Below, piece by piece: positions 18,146-28,128 of a DNA stretch of 64,000 nucleotides. A model generated the notes under the pieces. That model saw only the letters and a program-made list of their open reading frames with translations. It did no database searches and was not told the origin of the DNA. A program made the translations under genes and the position numbers. Every line of letters starts with the position of its first letter. Within the stretch, counting starts at the first letter, position 1. The DNA is taken from IMG/VR virus record IMGVR_UViG_3300045988_098422; one strand, 5' to 3'. Source of the stretch: a virus.

Positions 18146-18976
18146 ATGAGTACAATAAACATCCACAGGGGTACATTCCTAGAAAAGGAAGAATTAAGAA
18201 GAATGATAGGGTTTTTAAACGATAACCCTATCAACTCTGCGATGATTGCAGCTTCTATATCTTTTGGGCTTGTAACTCCCGGAGCTGTTCCAGCAAATCC
18301 CTTTGCTGTTACAGTTTCCAATACATTGGGAACAATTAACATGACGGGCGGTTATGTTATTGATAGCACGTTAAAGGCATACAAAGTTACCAATCAAACA
18401 GATTTAGCCGTGCCGTCAGACGGCTTGTGGTATTGGTTAAAAGTTGGGGCACAGTCTGTAAATTACGAAGAGGGTTATGTACAGGTAGACGCTTCTGGAA
18501 ACGTGTCAGGTACGGTCAATTTTGATGGTATTGTGCGGGGGCAGAGTTCCGGTGTGCCTACATGTATAAAGTTTGTAAAAGATGATGGCACGACCCCTCT
18601 AAACAATCAAGTGTATCAGGTTGTGAATATTGTGAATAGTAATAATATCGTTCTGTCCAGTGGTTATCCATTCCAGCCGGAAACTCAACTTCGGGTAGTG
18701 GTGCTCGGAAGCATCCCTATGGGAAATCGTTTTACAGATGAGCAACTTCAGGGGCTTTATACATTTTCTTCTTTTAAACTTACATTTGTGGTGGAAAGGA
18801 CTACTAATACCGCTCCAGGAAAGAGTAGTAACGAGTATTGGCTTGCACGTGTACGCAATCAAAATGGGATTGTGACAGTGGAAGATAAGAGAACCCAATT
18901 TTGGCAGCTAGCCGCAGGCGGTGGGGATGTTCCTGGTTCAGAATACGATACATTTATGGTTAAAAATACGCAATAA
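18146..18976 (+). CDS. fibre-module protein
   Basis: ATG at 18146 (MSTINIHRG). The ORF-track start at 18077 lies inside the upstream gene. Confidence 0.35.
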   Translation: MSTINIHRGTFLEKEELRRMIGFLNDNPINSAMIAASISFGLVTPGAVPANPFAVTVSNTLGTINMTGGYVIDSTLKAYKVTNQTDLAVPSDGLWYWLKVGAQSVNYEEGYVQVDASGNVSGTVNFDGIVRGQSSGVPTCIKFVKDDGTTPLNNQVYQVVNIVNSNNIVLSSGYPFQPETQLRVVVLGSIPMGNRFTDEQLQGLYTFSSFKLTFVVERTTNTAPGKSSNEYWLARVRNQNGIVTVEDKRTQFWQLAAGGGDVPGSEYDTFMVKNTQ

Positions 18977-18978
18977 TT

Positions 18979-19551
18979 ATGAATCTTTATTATACGACCA
19001 CAGCAGGTTACAATGAGGCACAGCCCAACCCGTCTATTTCTTTAGGCGGGTATAAGTCTTCAACTTTGGTGGGCAACGATGATTTTGATAATATGTTCGA
19101 TGAAATTTCTATCATGTCTATTCGTAGCGGACGTGATGAATATCGGGCTATTATCATTCGTAATGATTTTGTAGTTAGTATGACAAATTTAGAGGTTAAA
19201 GTTGTCGCAGACCCTGACGCAATTTGTACGTATAAATTAGCGATTGCTCCGTTAAATGGGATTGATAAATACCGTAGACGTTTTATGGAACACGTGGTTA
19301 CGGTAAATAATAAACCTTTTCACGCTACATTCGTGGACATGACACCTGACGCAGTGCTTACGATTGGCAACCTTGCACCCGAAGAAGAAATTGGGTTGTG
19401 GATATGTCGCCATATAGATAAAGATACCGCTAAAGAGCAATACGAAAATGTGTGTGAGCCTGATTTGGCGGTTGACCCTACGGGTAGAGTATATAAAGAG
19501 GTAAAACACCCCACCGTAGAAAGCATTAATCTTGATTTTACGTGGCAGTAA
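18979..19551 (+). CDS. hypothetical structural-module protein
   Basis: 190 aa, 2 nt after the upstream stop. Confidence 0.4.
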   Translation: MNLYYTTTAGYNEAQPNPSISLGGYKSSTLVGNDDFDNMFDEISIMSIRSGRDEYRAIIIRNDFVVSMTNLEVKVVADPDAICTYKLAIAPLNGIDKYRRRFMEHVVTVNNKPFHATFVDMTPDAVLTIGNLAPEEEIGLWICRHIDKDTAKEQYENVCEPDLAVDPTGRVYKEVKHPTVESINLDFTWQ

Positions 19552-19578
19552 ACCAAGAGAATAAATTAAAAATTGATT

Positions 19579-20253
19579 ATGTTATATAGCTATGATGATA
19601 CATTAAAGATAATATTGCGGATTTACGAATATCTGCAACTAAGAGTAAAAGCCCAACCGAGGACCCTGAAGATGTATTCACAACGTCACAGGAATTCGGT
19701 TGTGGCTTTTATGGAAAAATTACCACCGAGCGCAGGAGCTGACTTTATATGGGAGTTCTTTGTGTTTCAATTTTATATTTACCAAGACCAAGACCAAATA
19801 TTAAGACCGATGCCCGTGTGGTTCATGGGCGATGAAGCGTGGCGACGGTGGCGTGAGTATGATGAGGGTGCACGGTGGCACGCTAAACAGTGGGCGTCAG
19901 AAAAACATTTGGAAAATCCTGTCAAATCAAAATCTTACAAGTCTGTAAGCGAAGATACGTTGCGTAAAGAAAGATACCGTATGTCACGAATATCGGGCGC
20001 AAATTATTGTGGTGCAAAATATGGTGATTCACCTTATGATTCTACGGATGTTATGTGTACAACATGTCCGTTTGAAAAAGACTGCATTGTGCTATACGGT
20101 GATAAGAATAAGGATGGGAAAAACTTGTTTCAAGCATTGCAGGATATACCTGTTACTGAGAACGAGGGAAAACACTTGCGAGGCGTAAAAGTAAAGAGTA
20201 GGATTATTGTAGCTAAAGAAAGAAACTATGGAGAAACCGATAATGAAGTGTAA
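19579..20253 (+). CDS. hypothetical protein (Trp/Arg-rich, CxxC near C-terminus)
   Basis: First ATG at 19579 (the track start at 19573 is a TTG). No family recognised. Confidence 0.4.
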   Translation: MLYSYDDTLKIILRIYEYLQLRVKAQPRTLKMYSQRHRNSVVAFMEKLPPSAGADFIWEFFVFQFYIYQDQDQILRPMPVWFMGDEAWRRWREYDEGARWHAKQWASEKHLENPVKSKSYKSVSEDTLRKERYRMSRISGANYCGAKYGDSPYDSTDVMCTTCPFEKDCIVLYGDKNKDGKNLFQALQDIPVTENEGKHLRGVKVKSRIIVAKERNYGETDNEV

Positions 20254-20641
20254 AAAGTGTGGAGAAGTTAAAGTTATTGTGAACAAAACAAAGTGTCTTT
20301 GTGATGATTGCAATTTTAAGCGTCTACACGATGGTTTAAGCCGCTTTCAGTACAAGGTATTAAACTTTAAGTTTTTACCCCGTACAGAGATAAAAAGACG
20401 GAGCATTGCAAGGAAACCACGCAAATCAACAGGCGAGAGGGAATTGTTTGCTGAAATTTGGAATGAACGACCTCATGTGTGCACACATTGCGGGGGTAAA
20501 TTACCCGAACCAATGCGTTCCTATTATTTTAGTCATATAAAATCTAAAGGGGCTTTTCCAGAGCTCCGGCTAGAAAAGAGTAATATAGAATTAACGTGTC
20601 TAAAGTGTCATCAGGAATATGAGTTCGGGAAACGTATATAA
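20228..20641 (+). CDS. HNH homing endonuclease
   Basis: CxxC zinc knuckles (CKKCG, CDDC). HNH core CTHCGG..FSHIKSKG..N..LTCLKCHQEYE. Confidence 0.7.
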   Translation: MEKPIMKCKKCGEVKVIVNKTKCLCDDCNFKRLHDGLSRFQYKVLNFKFLPRTEIKRRSIARKPRKSTGERELFAEIWNERPHVCTHCGGKLPEPMRSYYFSHIKSKGAFPELRLEKSNIELTCLKCHQEYEFGKRI

Positions 20642-21236
20642 AGGGTTTATTTACTATGTGGTTTGCTTAATAAATGGTAAGATTTATTTTGGTCAGACAA
20701 GCCGCTCCCCAGAAATTAGGTGGAAACGTCATGTTCAAAGAGCTTTTAATGAAAATGAAAGTTATCATAGTGCTCTTCACAAAGCTATTTGTAAATATGG
20801 TGCTGATAATTTTAAGGTTTATCCTTTTATAGAAATTTGCGCAGGCTCTTTAAAAGAACTGAAAGCCAAATTAAATTGGATAGAAATTTATTTAATAGCC
20901 AAATATAAAACCCAGATAACAGGGTATAATTTAGCGGCAGGAGGTGAAGGTGTTTTTGGAAATAAATGGTCTGAAAATTCCAGGATAAAACTTTCTAAAA
21001 CAATTACAGGAAGAAAACTTACTGCGGAACATAGGCGTAAGATTTCAAGGGCGAACAAAGGAAAGCCATCTTGGGTGGCTGGGAAACATTTAAGTGAAGA
21101 GCACAAACGTAAACTTTCTGAAGCTCGCAAAGGGTCTGGAAATCCAATGTTTGGACGGAAACATTCGAGCAAAAGCATAAAGAAAATGAGCGTTGCGCAC
21201 CGAAAGCAATGGGCAAAAATTAAAATTAATAAGTAA
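20619..21236 (+). CDS. GIY-YIG homing endonuclease with NUMOD3 repeats
   Basis: GFIYYVVC..GKIYFGQT (GIY-YIG), R..H, GYNLAAGGEG. Repeated (K/R)xSxxxxGK NUMOD3-type units (KLSKTITGRK, KISRANKGK, KLSEARKGS). Confidence 0.8.
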   Translation: MSSGNVYKGFIYYVVCLINGKIYFGQTSRSPEIRWKRHVQRAFNENESYHSALHKAICKYGADNFKVYPFIEICAGSLKELKAKLNWIEIYLIAKYKTQITGYNLAAGGEGVFGNKWSENSRIKLSKTITGRKLTAEHRRKISRANKGKPSWVAGKHLSEEHKRKLSEARKGSGNPMFGRKHSSKSIKKMSVAHRKQWAKIKINK

Positions 21237-21248
21237 TTTTGTAAGCAA

Positions 21249-21638
21249 ATGGAAGAAAGAACAGTGGCTTTATTAATTCGGCTTTGTACCCTATACAAAG
21301 AAACACGGCTGTTGAAGCAGCTAATGAAATGGTACGAAGAAGATATAAATACCGAAGAATTATGGGAAAAGGTTGAACAGTTTGTTTCAAACTTGGAAGA
21401 AAAATACCAAACAAGGATATTTGAATTTCGTGACCGTACCAAACAAATCATTTTGAGGTCGCTGATACTTCAGTGGAAACCTGACTTTACATTAGAGGGG
21501 GAACCAATGATTGTTATTAATGACTTCCGTTTAGGGTTACAGGGCAAAGACAACCCCGTTGTTAATTTGGAGTTGGTGTATGATGATTTGGAAACCCGTG
21601 ATGAAGATTTAGAAAAATTGACATTATTAAAGAAATAA
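21249..21638 (+). CDS. hypothetical protein
   Basis: 129 aa. A TAATTTTG box sits 7 nt upstream. Confidence 0.4.
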   Translation: MEERTVALLIRLCTLYKETRLLKQLMKWYEEDINTEELWEKVEQFVSNLEEKYQTRIFEFRDRTKQIILRSLILQWKPDFTLEGEPMIVINDFRLGLQGKDNPVVNLELVYDDLETRDEDLEKLTLLKK

Positions 21639-21647
21639 AAATAGATT

Positions 21648-22322
21648 ATGAAAAGTACTATTCGCTACGTGATAGTAGCTGACACTGAAACGGGTGGTTT
21701 GCCCTCTAAAGGTGGTAAAGGAAAACCCGCTAAAAAGGCGTTTGTTGATATTGCGCTCTGTGAAATTGCGCTTGTGGTAGTAGACCTTTGGGAAATGAAA
21801 ATTGTTGAGGAATACGATGCAATTATCGCCCCCTATGCAGAAGGACTAGAATATAACCCCAACGCTGAAGCCGTGCACGGCTTGTCTGTTGCACATTTAA
21901 CGCAGAACGGGCAGGATATCAAGGATGTGTATTTAGCTACAAAAACATATCTAAAGAAATATGCGAATTCTAAGATTGGGGCAGTGTTGGCAGGGCATAA
22001 CTTCCAGTTATTTGATATACCATTCTTTGAAGAAATGTTTGCCTTTTGTAAGGATAATCTTTGGGACTATGTGAAATTTGTGGAAGACACAATGAAGATG
22101 GCATGGTACAGAGCAGAGGAACAAGAGAATTATAAATTGGGCACGTGTTGTCGCCAAGAGGGGGTGGAGCTTGTAGACGCTCACCGTGCTTTGCATGATA
22201 CTCGTGCAAATGCGTTGCTCTTTTTAAAGTATATTGCGGCTTTGCGTGGCACAGGAGCAGCAGCCCAAGCAACCCCCACTCAAAGAAAATCACGATTTAG
22301 GGAGACTTTTCAATTAGTATAA
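21648..22322 (+). CDS. DnaQ-like DEDDh 3'-5' exonuclease
   Basis: Exo I VIVADTETGG, Exo II GHNFQLFDIPF, Exo III HRALHDTRANA. Confidence 0.7.
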   Translation: MKSTIRYVIVADTETGGLPSKGGKGKPAKKAFVDIALCEIALVVVDLWEMKIVEEYDAIIAPYAEGLEYNPNAEAVHGLSVAHLTQNGQDIKDVYLATKTYLKKYANSKIGAVLAGHNFQLFDIPFFEEMFAFCKDNLWDYVKFVEDTMKMAWYRAEEQENYKLGTCCRQEGVELVDAHRALHDTRANALLFLKYIAALRGTGAAAQATPTQRKSRFRETFQLV

Positions 22323-22323
22323 A

Positions 22324-24423
22324 ATGATACGATTTAACGAAGACAGTAAACTGACATTCAAGCAGTTGGACACAGTTTTCGCCACCGCTGTGAGTATTGT
22401 GGATAATTTGCCACCCGTGGCAATTAATCAACTTCTCACGGCTTATGGCGGGGATATGGACAATTTGTTGAATGAAATATTTACGCAGACAAATAATGTG
22501 CTTTCGTTAAATTCCACACTTGATACAGAACGGCTGAATTATGTAGACCAACTTGAGGAAAGCATGGATGAGACCTTAAAGGTTCAGTCTTATAATTACT
22601 TCAAGACGACGATGTTACCTAATTTTCGTCAGGGATGGCGAAATTTGGAGTGGGGTAACATGATACAATTATATCCAAATAGCGCATATCTTGCAGCCCG
22701 TTCTCATGGTAAATGTTTTGCAGCCGGAACACCTGTTTTAATGGCAGACTGGACGGTAAAAAATATTGAAGATATATACCCCGGAATGGAAGTGATGGGT
22801 GTGGATTTTACACCTCGTAGAGTGTTAACGAGACACATTGGCAGTTCCAAACTTTATACAGTTTTTCAAGAAAACGGCATTGATTATACCGTGAACCCCG
22901 AACACATACTTTGCTTATGGGACACCAAGCGCAAACAGTATGTGGAAATAGAAATGAAGAGGTTCATTACCTATACAAAAGCCAAGCGAGACAGATTTAG
23001 AGGGTACAGGGTTTTTTCCTACGATACCCCTGTTTATGAGAAGGGAAAAGTGTGGGTGGATGAAGCCGGAACGGGGGCATATTACGGGTTTATGTGTGAT
23101 GGTGACCACTTGTTTCAGTTGGAAGATGGAACGGTGGTTCATAACTCTTATGAGTTTTGTATGGCGTTTCCATTGTGGAGATTATATAGTTACCACCGCC
23201 CGTCTTTTATGCGTCCGGATAATCCTGATAATAAAAATCGTCAGGAAACCTGCATTATTACCAATACCGAAAAACTTGGTAAAGAACATATTGACAAGGT
23301 AGTTGAAGAAATACGTACGAATGAGGCATTGGCAGCGAAGCTGAACCCCACAGGCAAAGCGTCTTTAGCCGCCACGAGTATTGAATGCGAAAACGGTACG
23401 AAACTTCACCTCCGTGGAAAGGATGGGTTTATTCGTGGTTTGCACGTAGGTTCAGCCGTGAGCGATGACTTACCCGATGAAAGTAGTATTTACAGTTTAG
23501 AGCAACGTGAGAAGTTGCGAGACCTGTTTAAAGGAGCAATTACCCCGATTGTAGAGCCATACGGTTATAATATCGTTGACGGCACACCGTATCAGCAAGA
23601 TGACCTCTATGCAGATTTAAAACGTGACCCGAAATTCATGGTGTTTGAGTATCCCGCTATTGACCCGAATGGTAGGTTGTTAGCTCCCGACCGTTTTACC
23701 TTTGATAAGTTGATGCAGGAAAAAGCCTCTTTGGGTACTCTAGTTTTTAGCCGTGAGTATTTGGTTGTACCAATATCAGATGACAGTACGATATTTCCTT
23801 GGGAGATATTAAAGAGAAGCACCATCGGGATGGAACACGTGCGTTTAGTTCATAACATAGAAAGTTTTCCGATTAAACTCGCACGAGTGACAATTGGTTG
23901 TGACTTTGCTGTTTCCGGAAATGTGGGGGCGGACTATACTTGCTATACGGTTTGGGGAAAAGACTTGCAAGAAAATTATTATTTACTGTATATTTACAGG
24001 GAAAAGGGCTTATCACATAATGAACAGATACAAAAGATAGCTCAACTAAACATCGCATTTAAACCGAATGAAATTGTGGTGGAAAATAACGGCTTCCAAT
24101 CTATTCTGGCTGATATGTGTGTGCAAATGGGTATAAAGAATATAACACCATTTACTACCACCGCAGGGAATAAAAAGGATTTACGTACAGGTTGGGCATC
24201 GTTGTCGGCACTGTTTGAGCGTGGTGCTCTTAAATGTCCGTACCACCCAGATACTCAAGATAAAGTTGACCAAATGTTTGGGGAGTTTAATAGTGTGGCT
24301 TTCAGAAGTGATAAGGGTACATTAGAAAGTATTAGCGGGCATGATGATACAGTAAGTTCTTCCTACATGGCTATTAACAAGTTGAGGGAAGCTACGGTGC
24401 AAATAAAAGTTGACGCAGTTTAA
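22324..24423 (+). CDS. terL: terminase large subunit, interrupted by a mini-intein
   Basis: Walker A is AARSHGK|..|S once aa 131-274 are removed. The C-terminal nuclease-type region carries conserved acidic residues (IGCDFAVSG.., ..GHDDTVSS). 699 aa including the intein. Confidence 0.75.
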   Translation: MIRFNEDSKLTFKQLDTVFATAVSIVDNLPPVAINQLLTAYGGDMDNLLNEIFTQTNNVLSLNSTLDTERLNYVDQLEESMDETLKVQSYNYFKTTMLPNFRQGWRNLEWGNMIQLYPNSAYLAARSHGKCFAAGTPVLMADWTVKNIEDIYPGMEVMGVDFTPRRVLTRHIGSSKLYTVFQENGIDYTVNPEHILCLWDTKRKQYVEIEMKRFITYTKAKRDRFRGYRVFSYDTPVYEKGKVWVDEAGTGAYYGFMCDGDHLFQLEDGTVVHNSYEFCMAFPLWRLYSYHRPSFMRPDNPDNKNRQETCIITNTEKLGKEHIDKVVEEIRTNEALAAKLNPTGKASLAATSIECENGTKLHLRGKDGFIRGLHVGSAVSDDLPDESSIYSLEQREKLRDLFKGAITPIVEPYGYNIVDGTPYQQDDLYADLKRDPKFMVFEYPAIDPNGRLLAPDRFTFDKLMQEKASLGTLVFSREYLVVPISDDSTIFPWEILKRSTIGMEHVRLVHNIESFPIKLARVTIGCDFAVSGNVGADYTCYTVWGKDLQENYYLLYIYREKGLSHNEQIQKIAQLNIAFKPNEIVVENNGFQSILADMCVQMGIKNITPFTTTAGNKKDLRTGWASLSALFERGALKCPYHPDTQDKVDQMFGEFNSVAFRSDKGTLESISGHDDTVSSSYMAINKLREATVQIKVDAV
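22714..23145 (+). mobile_element. mini-intein (144 aa, Hint domain only) in the TerL P-loop
   Basis: Starts CFAAGTPVLMADW (block A, Cys1). NPEHIL is block-B-like. Ends FQLEDGTVVHN followed by Ser+1. Excision restores GKS. No endonuclease domain. Confidence 0.7.
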
Positions 24424-24424
24424 T

Positions 24425-26059
24425 ATGGATAAGAAAATTGATGCTATACTAAGTCCGAGTTTTGTTGAGGAAATGATGCGGTTGGCTTTTGCTAACAGGC
24501 AGTTTGCCATCATGGTAACGGATAATTTAGATTTAAGTAATTTCCCTCGTGAAATGGGTGGTTGCAAAGCAATGCTGAAAGTATTGGCAGATAATTTGCG
24601 ACGGGATGGTGGTTTGGCGACTTATGGAATGGTTGAAATGGCTTATCCTGGAAATAAGGATGTGGCAAAGAAACTTGAGGAAGTACGCAGCTTGAAACTA
24701 CCTGATTACGAACCTATGGTCAGGCAGCTTGAAACCTTTATTAAGCGTCAAACCTTTGTAGCCACTCAACGGGAAATTTCTGATATGTATAACGAGGGTC
24801 GGCAGGAAGAAGCCATGCAGTTACTCGGAAAACGTATGGAAGAAATTAATACCTTTTCGTTAGAGGGTGGTAGAGGACGTTTTACCCGCATTTACAGGGA
24901 TTTTGAACGCAATATTAGTACTATACAGAATAAAGCCGATGATGCTGTTAGACGGCAGAAAATCCCGACAGGCATATCTACACTTGATGACCTTACAGAC
25001 GGGGGCATACCACGTCAGGACACCTTATTGATGATAATGCGTTCAGGTGTTGGAAAATCCACTTTCTTAAAGTGGATTGCATGGTACAACACGTCCATTG
25101 CTCATAATCACGTTTTACAGATACAGTTAGAGGGCGGTATGGATGAAGCCGTGGTTAAGTTTGACCAGATGCTTGCGAATACCACTTACTCAAAGATAAT
25201 GCGGGGTGATATTAGTGAGGAAACGGCACAACGCCTGTCAGCGGTGGTTAAACGTTCTATTACTGTAAATAGTGATATTGACCTTTATGCAACCGACCAA
25301 ATGCTTGACATGACATTGGCGGATTTGGTAACAGTGATAGAGGACTATAAAATGGAATATGGGTATTATCCGGATTTGATTAATATAGACAGTTTGGATT
25401 TGCTGTTAACGGGGGAAAATAAAAAGATAGACTTTGACCCTAGTTTCTTGAAGTTTCGTTTACAACGGTGCGCCCAAAAACTAAAAGATATTGCGAAGAC
25501 ATACGATTGTGTGGTGGCGGCTGTTACTCAAACGGGGGAAGTACCGTTTGAAGTTTGGAATGACCCCACACGGGTACTCACCCGTAGCAATACAGAGGGT
25601 GACCGCACGCTTATCAAACCGTTCTCATTCGTATTGACAGGTAATGTTACGATAGAGGAGAGTAAACAAAAACTACTTCGTATCTTTTGTGATAAATTGC
25701 GTAACTACAAGAATGATGGTATTATTATTCGTATTCCTACGAATTTTGAGAATGGCTTTTTCTACGACATGGGCAGGTCATCAACCGTTGAACAGATATT
25801 GGATATGTCGGCACTTGAAAAGTTAGAACCACGAAGAGGAAAGAAAGCCAACGGTGAGGATGCAGTGGGCGACCGAAAAGAAAGGGTTGAAGTAGAGCCG
25901 GGAGTATGGGCGACCCGTGTTGTTAAAGCGGGCGAAAGCCCGACGCAGACCCCGCCAGATGTATTGGACGAACAACATAAGAAAGATACATTGCGAGAGT
26001 ACTTGAATGGTAACAAAGAAGTTAAGCCAAAACCCGTGCGTAAAAAGGTACAGCGATGA
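24425..26059 (+). CDS. DnaB-family replicative helicase
   Basis: PTGISTLDDLTDGGIPRQDTLLMIMRSGVGKSTFL (DnaB/gp4-type Walker A context). ATG at 24425 (the track start at 24410 is a TTG). Confidence 0.6.
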   Translation: MDKKIDAILSPSFVEEMMRLAFANRQFAIMVTDNLDLSNFPREMGGCKAMLKVLADNLRRDGGLATYGMVEMAYPGNKDVAKKLEEVRSLKLPDYEPMVRQLETFIKRQTFVATQREISDMYNEGRQEEAMQLLGKRMEEINTFSLEGGRGRFTRIYRDFERNISTIQNKADDAVRRQKIPTGISTLDDLTDGGIPRQDTLLMIMRSGVGKSTFLKWIAWYNTSIAHNHVLQIQLEGGMDEAVVKFDQMLANTTYSKIMRGDISEETAQRLSAVVKRSITVNSDIDLYATDQMLDMTLADLVTVIEDYKMEYGYYPDLINIDSLDLLLTGENKKIDFDPSFLKFRLQRCAQKLKDIAKTYDCVVAAVTQTGEVPFEVWNDPTRVLTRSNTEGDRTLIKPFSFVLTGNVTIEESKQKLLRIFCDKLRNYKNDGIIIRIPTNFENGFFYDMGRSSTVEQILDMSALEKLEPRRGKKANGEDAVGDRKERVEVEPGVWATRVVKAGESPTQTPPDVLDEQHKKDTLREYLNGNKEVKPKPVRKKVQR

Positions 26060-27102
26060 GATACGATAAGGAAAGAATAATAGAAGAATTTGCCCTGACG
26101 CCATTTGGCGCACGAGGATGGCTTACAAACAAGGATATGGAATGTCCTTTTTGTGGCAAGGCGGGGAAGTGGGGCATTATTTTTAACGATACAGGGCTAG
26201 CCACGTTTCATTGTTGGAAGTGTCCACGAAAAACTTCGGTGTATGAGTTTTTGAAAAAGGTAGGGCGAAAAGACCTTGCTAAAATGACATACACTGTCAA
26301 ACCGAATGAGTTGGATGTGTGCCCCAAACTAGAGGCGGAGAATTATGACTTATCGGATTGGATGAAGGAAACAATGGATACGGCTGAAAAGCTAGCACCT
26401 ACTCCAGTGCGTTTGCCTATGCGTTTAAAACCGCTGTCTAACGACCCGTATTTGGATAGTAGAGGGTTTGCTCCTGAACATTATGCGGAGTTTGAGCCTT
26501 CACACGTTACGAGTATGCTAGAGCCGAAATTGCATAACTATATTATCTTTAAGATGAAAGTAGATGGTGTATGTGTTGCATGGTGGGCACGCAGCCGATA
26601 TTCTAAAGAATGGCATAAAGAAAATCTGGAAGCATACAAAAGGCACGAGGCGGATTTAGTGTTGCGTTATCGTAACAGTGAAAATAATTTTCAGGACTTA
26701 TTAGGTGGGTGTGATACCATTATTGCAGGCAAGACTAAAACTGTAATCTTAGTTGAAGGAATTTTTGATTTTGTTAATATTTGGAATTTACTTGGATTAC
26801 GTGATTTGGATGATATAAAATGTTGTTTTACCTTTGGCAACAATATCGGGCAGGGACAGTTGAAAACACTGTTACAAAAGAAAGTTAAGAATGTCATACT
26901 TCTATATGACTATGGGACTATCAATGAAAGTAAGGATGCAGCGTTAAAAATGCGTGATATGTTTGATAGCGTGTTGGTAACAGCTATTCGCAAAGAAGGA
27001 GTTGACCCAGGAAATATAGATTTAGCATATTTGGAAGAAGTTTTACAGGGGGCGACAGACCCGTTTAACTTTTTCTGTAATAAAGTAGAAGTAAAGATTT
27101 AG
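26056..27102 (+). CDS. DNA primase (zinc ribbon plus TOPRIM)
   Basis: CPFCGK..x19..CWKCPRK zinc ribbon. TOPRIM-like VILVEGIFDF and ILLYDYG. ATGA overlap with the helicase gene. Confidence 0.6.
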   Translation: MRYDKERIIEEFALTPFGARGWLTNKDMECPFCGKAGKWGIIFNDTGLATFHCWKCPRKTSVYEFLKKVGRKDLAKMTYTVKPNELDVCPKLEAENYDLSDWMKETMDTAEKLAPTPVRLPMRLKPLSNDPYLDSRGFAPEHYAEFEPSHVTSMLEPKLHNYIIFKMKVDGVCVAWWARSRYSKEWHKENLEAYKRHEADLVLRYRNSENNFQDLLGGCDTIIAGKTKTVILVEGIFDFVNIWNLLGLRDLDDIKCCFTFGNNIGQGQLKTLLQKKVKNVILLYDYGTINESKDAALKMRDMFDSVLVTAIRKEGVDPGNIDLAYLEEVLQGATDPFNFFCNKVEVKI

Positions 27103-27105
27103 GAT

Positions 27106-27588
27106 ATGGAACAGGCAGTTAGTAACAACGGGGTTAAGTCACAGGAGCAATTTTTGATAAATTTGCAATTGGAGTATCTAACACAGCGTTTGCGGGCTTT
27201 AATTTACCAAGACGAAACATATATAAGAGTAGCTAGTGATATAGCCGCTAAGAAGCGAATGAAGATAACCCAGCTTGGAATTAAGTTTAATCTTACGACT
27301 ATATTTAACGGTGAGGACGTTGAACAGTTTGTGGATAAATATTTTTGGAATCCTAATGGATTGCCGAATTTTCAGTATAAAGATGCGCAACAGAAGAGGG
27401 TGCAAGGAAATTATGATGCGTGGTATATGCTTTACCGAGGAACGATAGTGGTATATAAAGGAAAAGACGCAGAAGTTTTGAGTAACAACCCCGCGAAAGA
27501 GGAATTGGAGATACGTATTAATAATGACAGAAAATTAACCGTCAGATATTCTGACATAACACTTAACAAAAATTTTGTATGGATTTAA
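27106..27588 (+). CDS. hypothetical protein
   Basis: 160 aa, no motif recognised. Confidence 0.4.
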   Translation: MEQAVSNNGVKSQEQFLINLQLEYLTQRLRALIYQDETYIRVASDIAAKKRMKITQLGIKFNLTTIFNGEDVEQFVDKYFWNPNGLPNFQYKDAQQKRVQGNYDAWYMLYRGTIVVYKGKDAEVLSNNPAKEELEIRINNDRKLTVRYSDITLNKNFVWI

Positions 27589-28025
27589 AAATTGTGAATT
27601 TGAGTAACAACGAGTTGCCGGAGTACAAAACAGCAGAAGCAGCAGGGCTTGATTTGCGTGCATGGTTACCGGAAGGACCGATTGTATTGCATCCCATGGA
27701 ACGTAGAATTATCCCGACAGGTTTACACATGGAAATTCCAGTTGGGTATGAGGGTCAGGTTCGTCCTCGTAGTGGTATAGCTGTGAAAAAAGGCTTGACA
27801 GTAATTAACTCTCCAGGAACTATTGACAGCGATTATCGTGGTGATGTAGGTGTGCCATTGATTAACCTTTCGGCATCAATTCAGACCGTGGAGCCAGGAG
27901 AACGCATTGCGCAAATTGTGTTTGCTAAGCATGAAAGAGCTGAAATTACCGTGGTAGAAAAGGTGGAAGACCTTGCAGATTCAGAACGTGGTGCGGGTGG
28001 CTTCGGTCATACAGGTACGAAATAA
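27579..28025 (+). CDS. dut: dUTP diphosphatase
   Basis: Trimeric dUTPase motifs AAGLDLRA, RSG, GTIDSDYRG, and C-terminal RGAGGFGHTG. Confidence 0.85.
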   Translation: MDLKIVNLSNNELPEYKTAEAAGLDLRAWLPEGPIVLHPMERRIIPTGLHMEIPVGYEGQVRPRSGIAVKKGLTVINSPGTIDSDYRGDVGVPLINLSASIQTVEPGERIAQIVFAKHERAEITVVEKVEDLADSERGAGGFGHTGTK

Positions 28026-28050
28026 AATTATAAGAATTTCGGGGATAAGT

Positions 28051-28082
28051 CTTGGATATTCCATTTTATCCCCGTACATTTG
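28051..28082 (+). promoter_or_regulatory. Bacteroidota-type promoter (CTTG-N20-TACATTTG)
   Basis: -7 box at 28075-28082 and -33-like CTTG at 28051-28054, 46 nt upstream of the ATG at 28129. Overlaps a 9-bp inverted repeat CGGGGATAA/TTATCCCCG (28040-28074). Confidence 0.45.
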
Positions 28083-28128
28083 CAACAGATAAGTAAACCA
28101 AATTATTAATTAAAAACGAAAGACGATT

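Noticed and set aside
24425-26059. Portal protein assignment for the large ORF immediately after the terminase
   Set aside because: It contains a RecA-fold Walker A in a DnaB/gp4-type context (PTGISTLDD...RSGVGKSTF) and is followed by a primase. It fits a replicative helicase much better.
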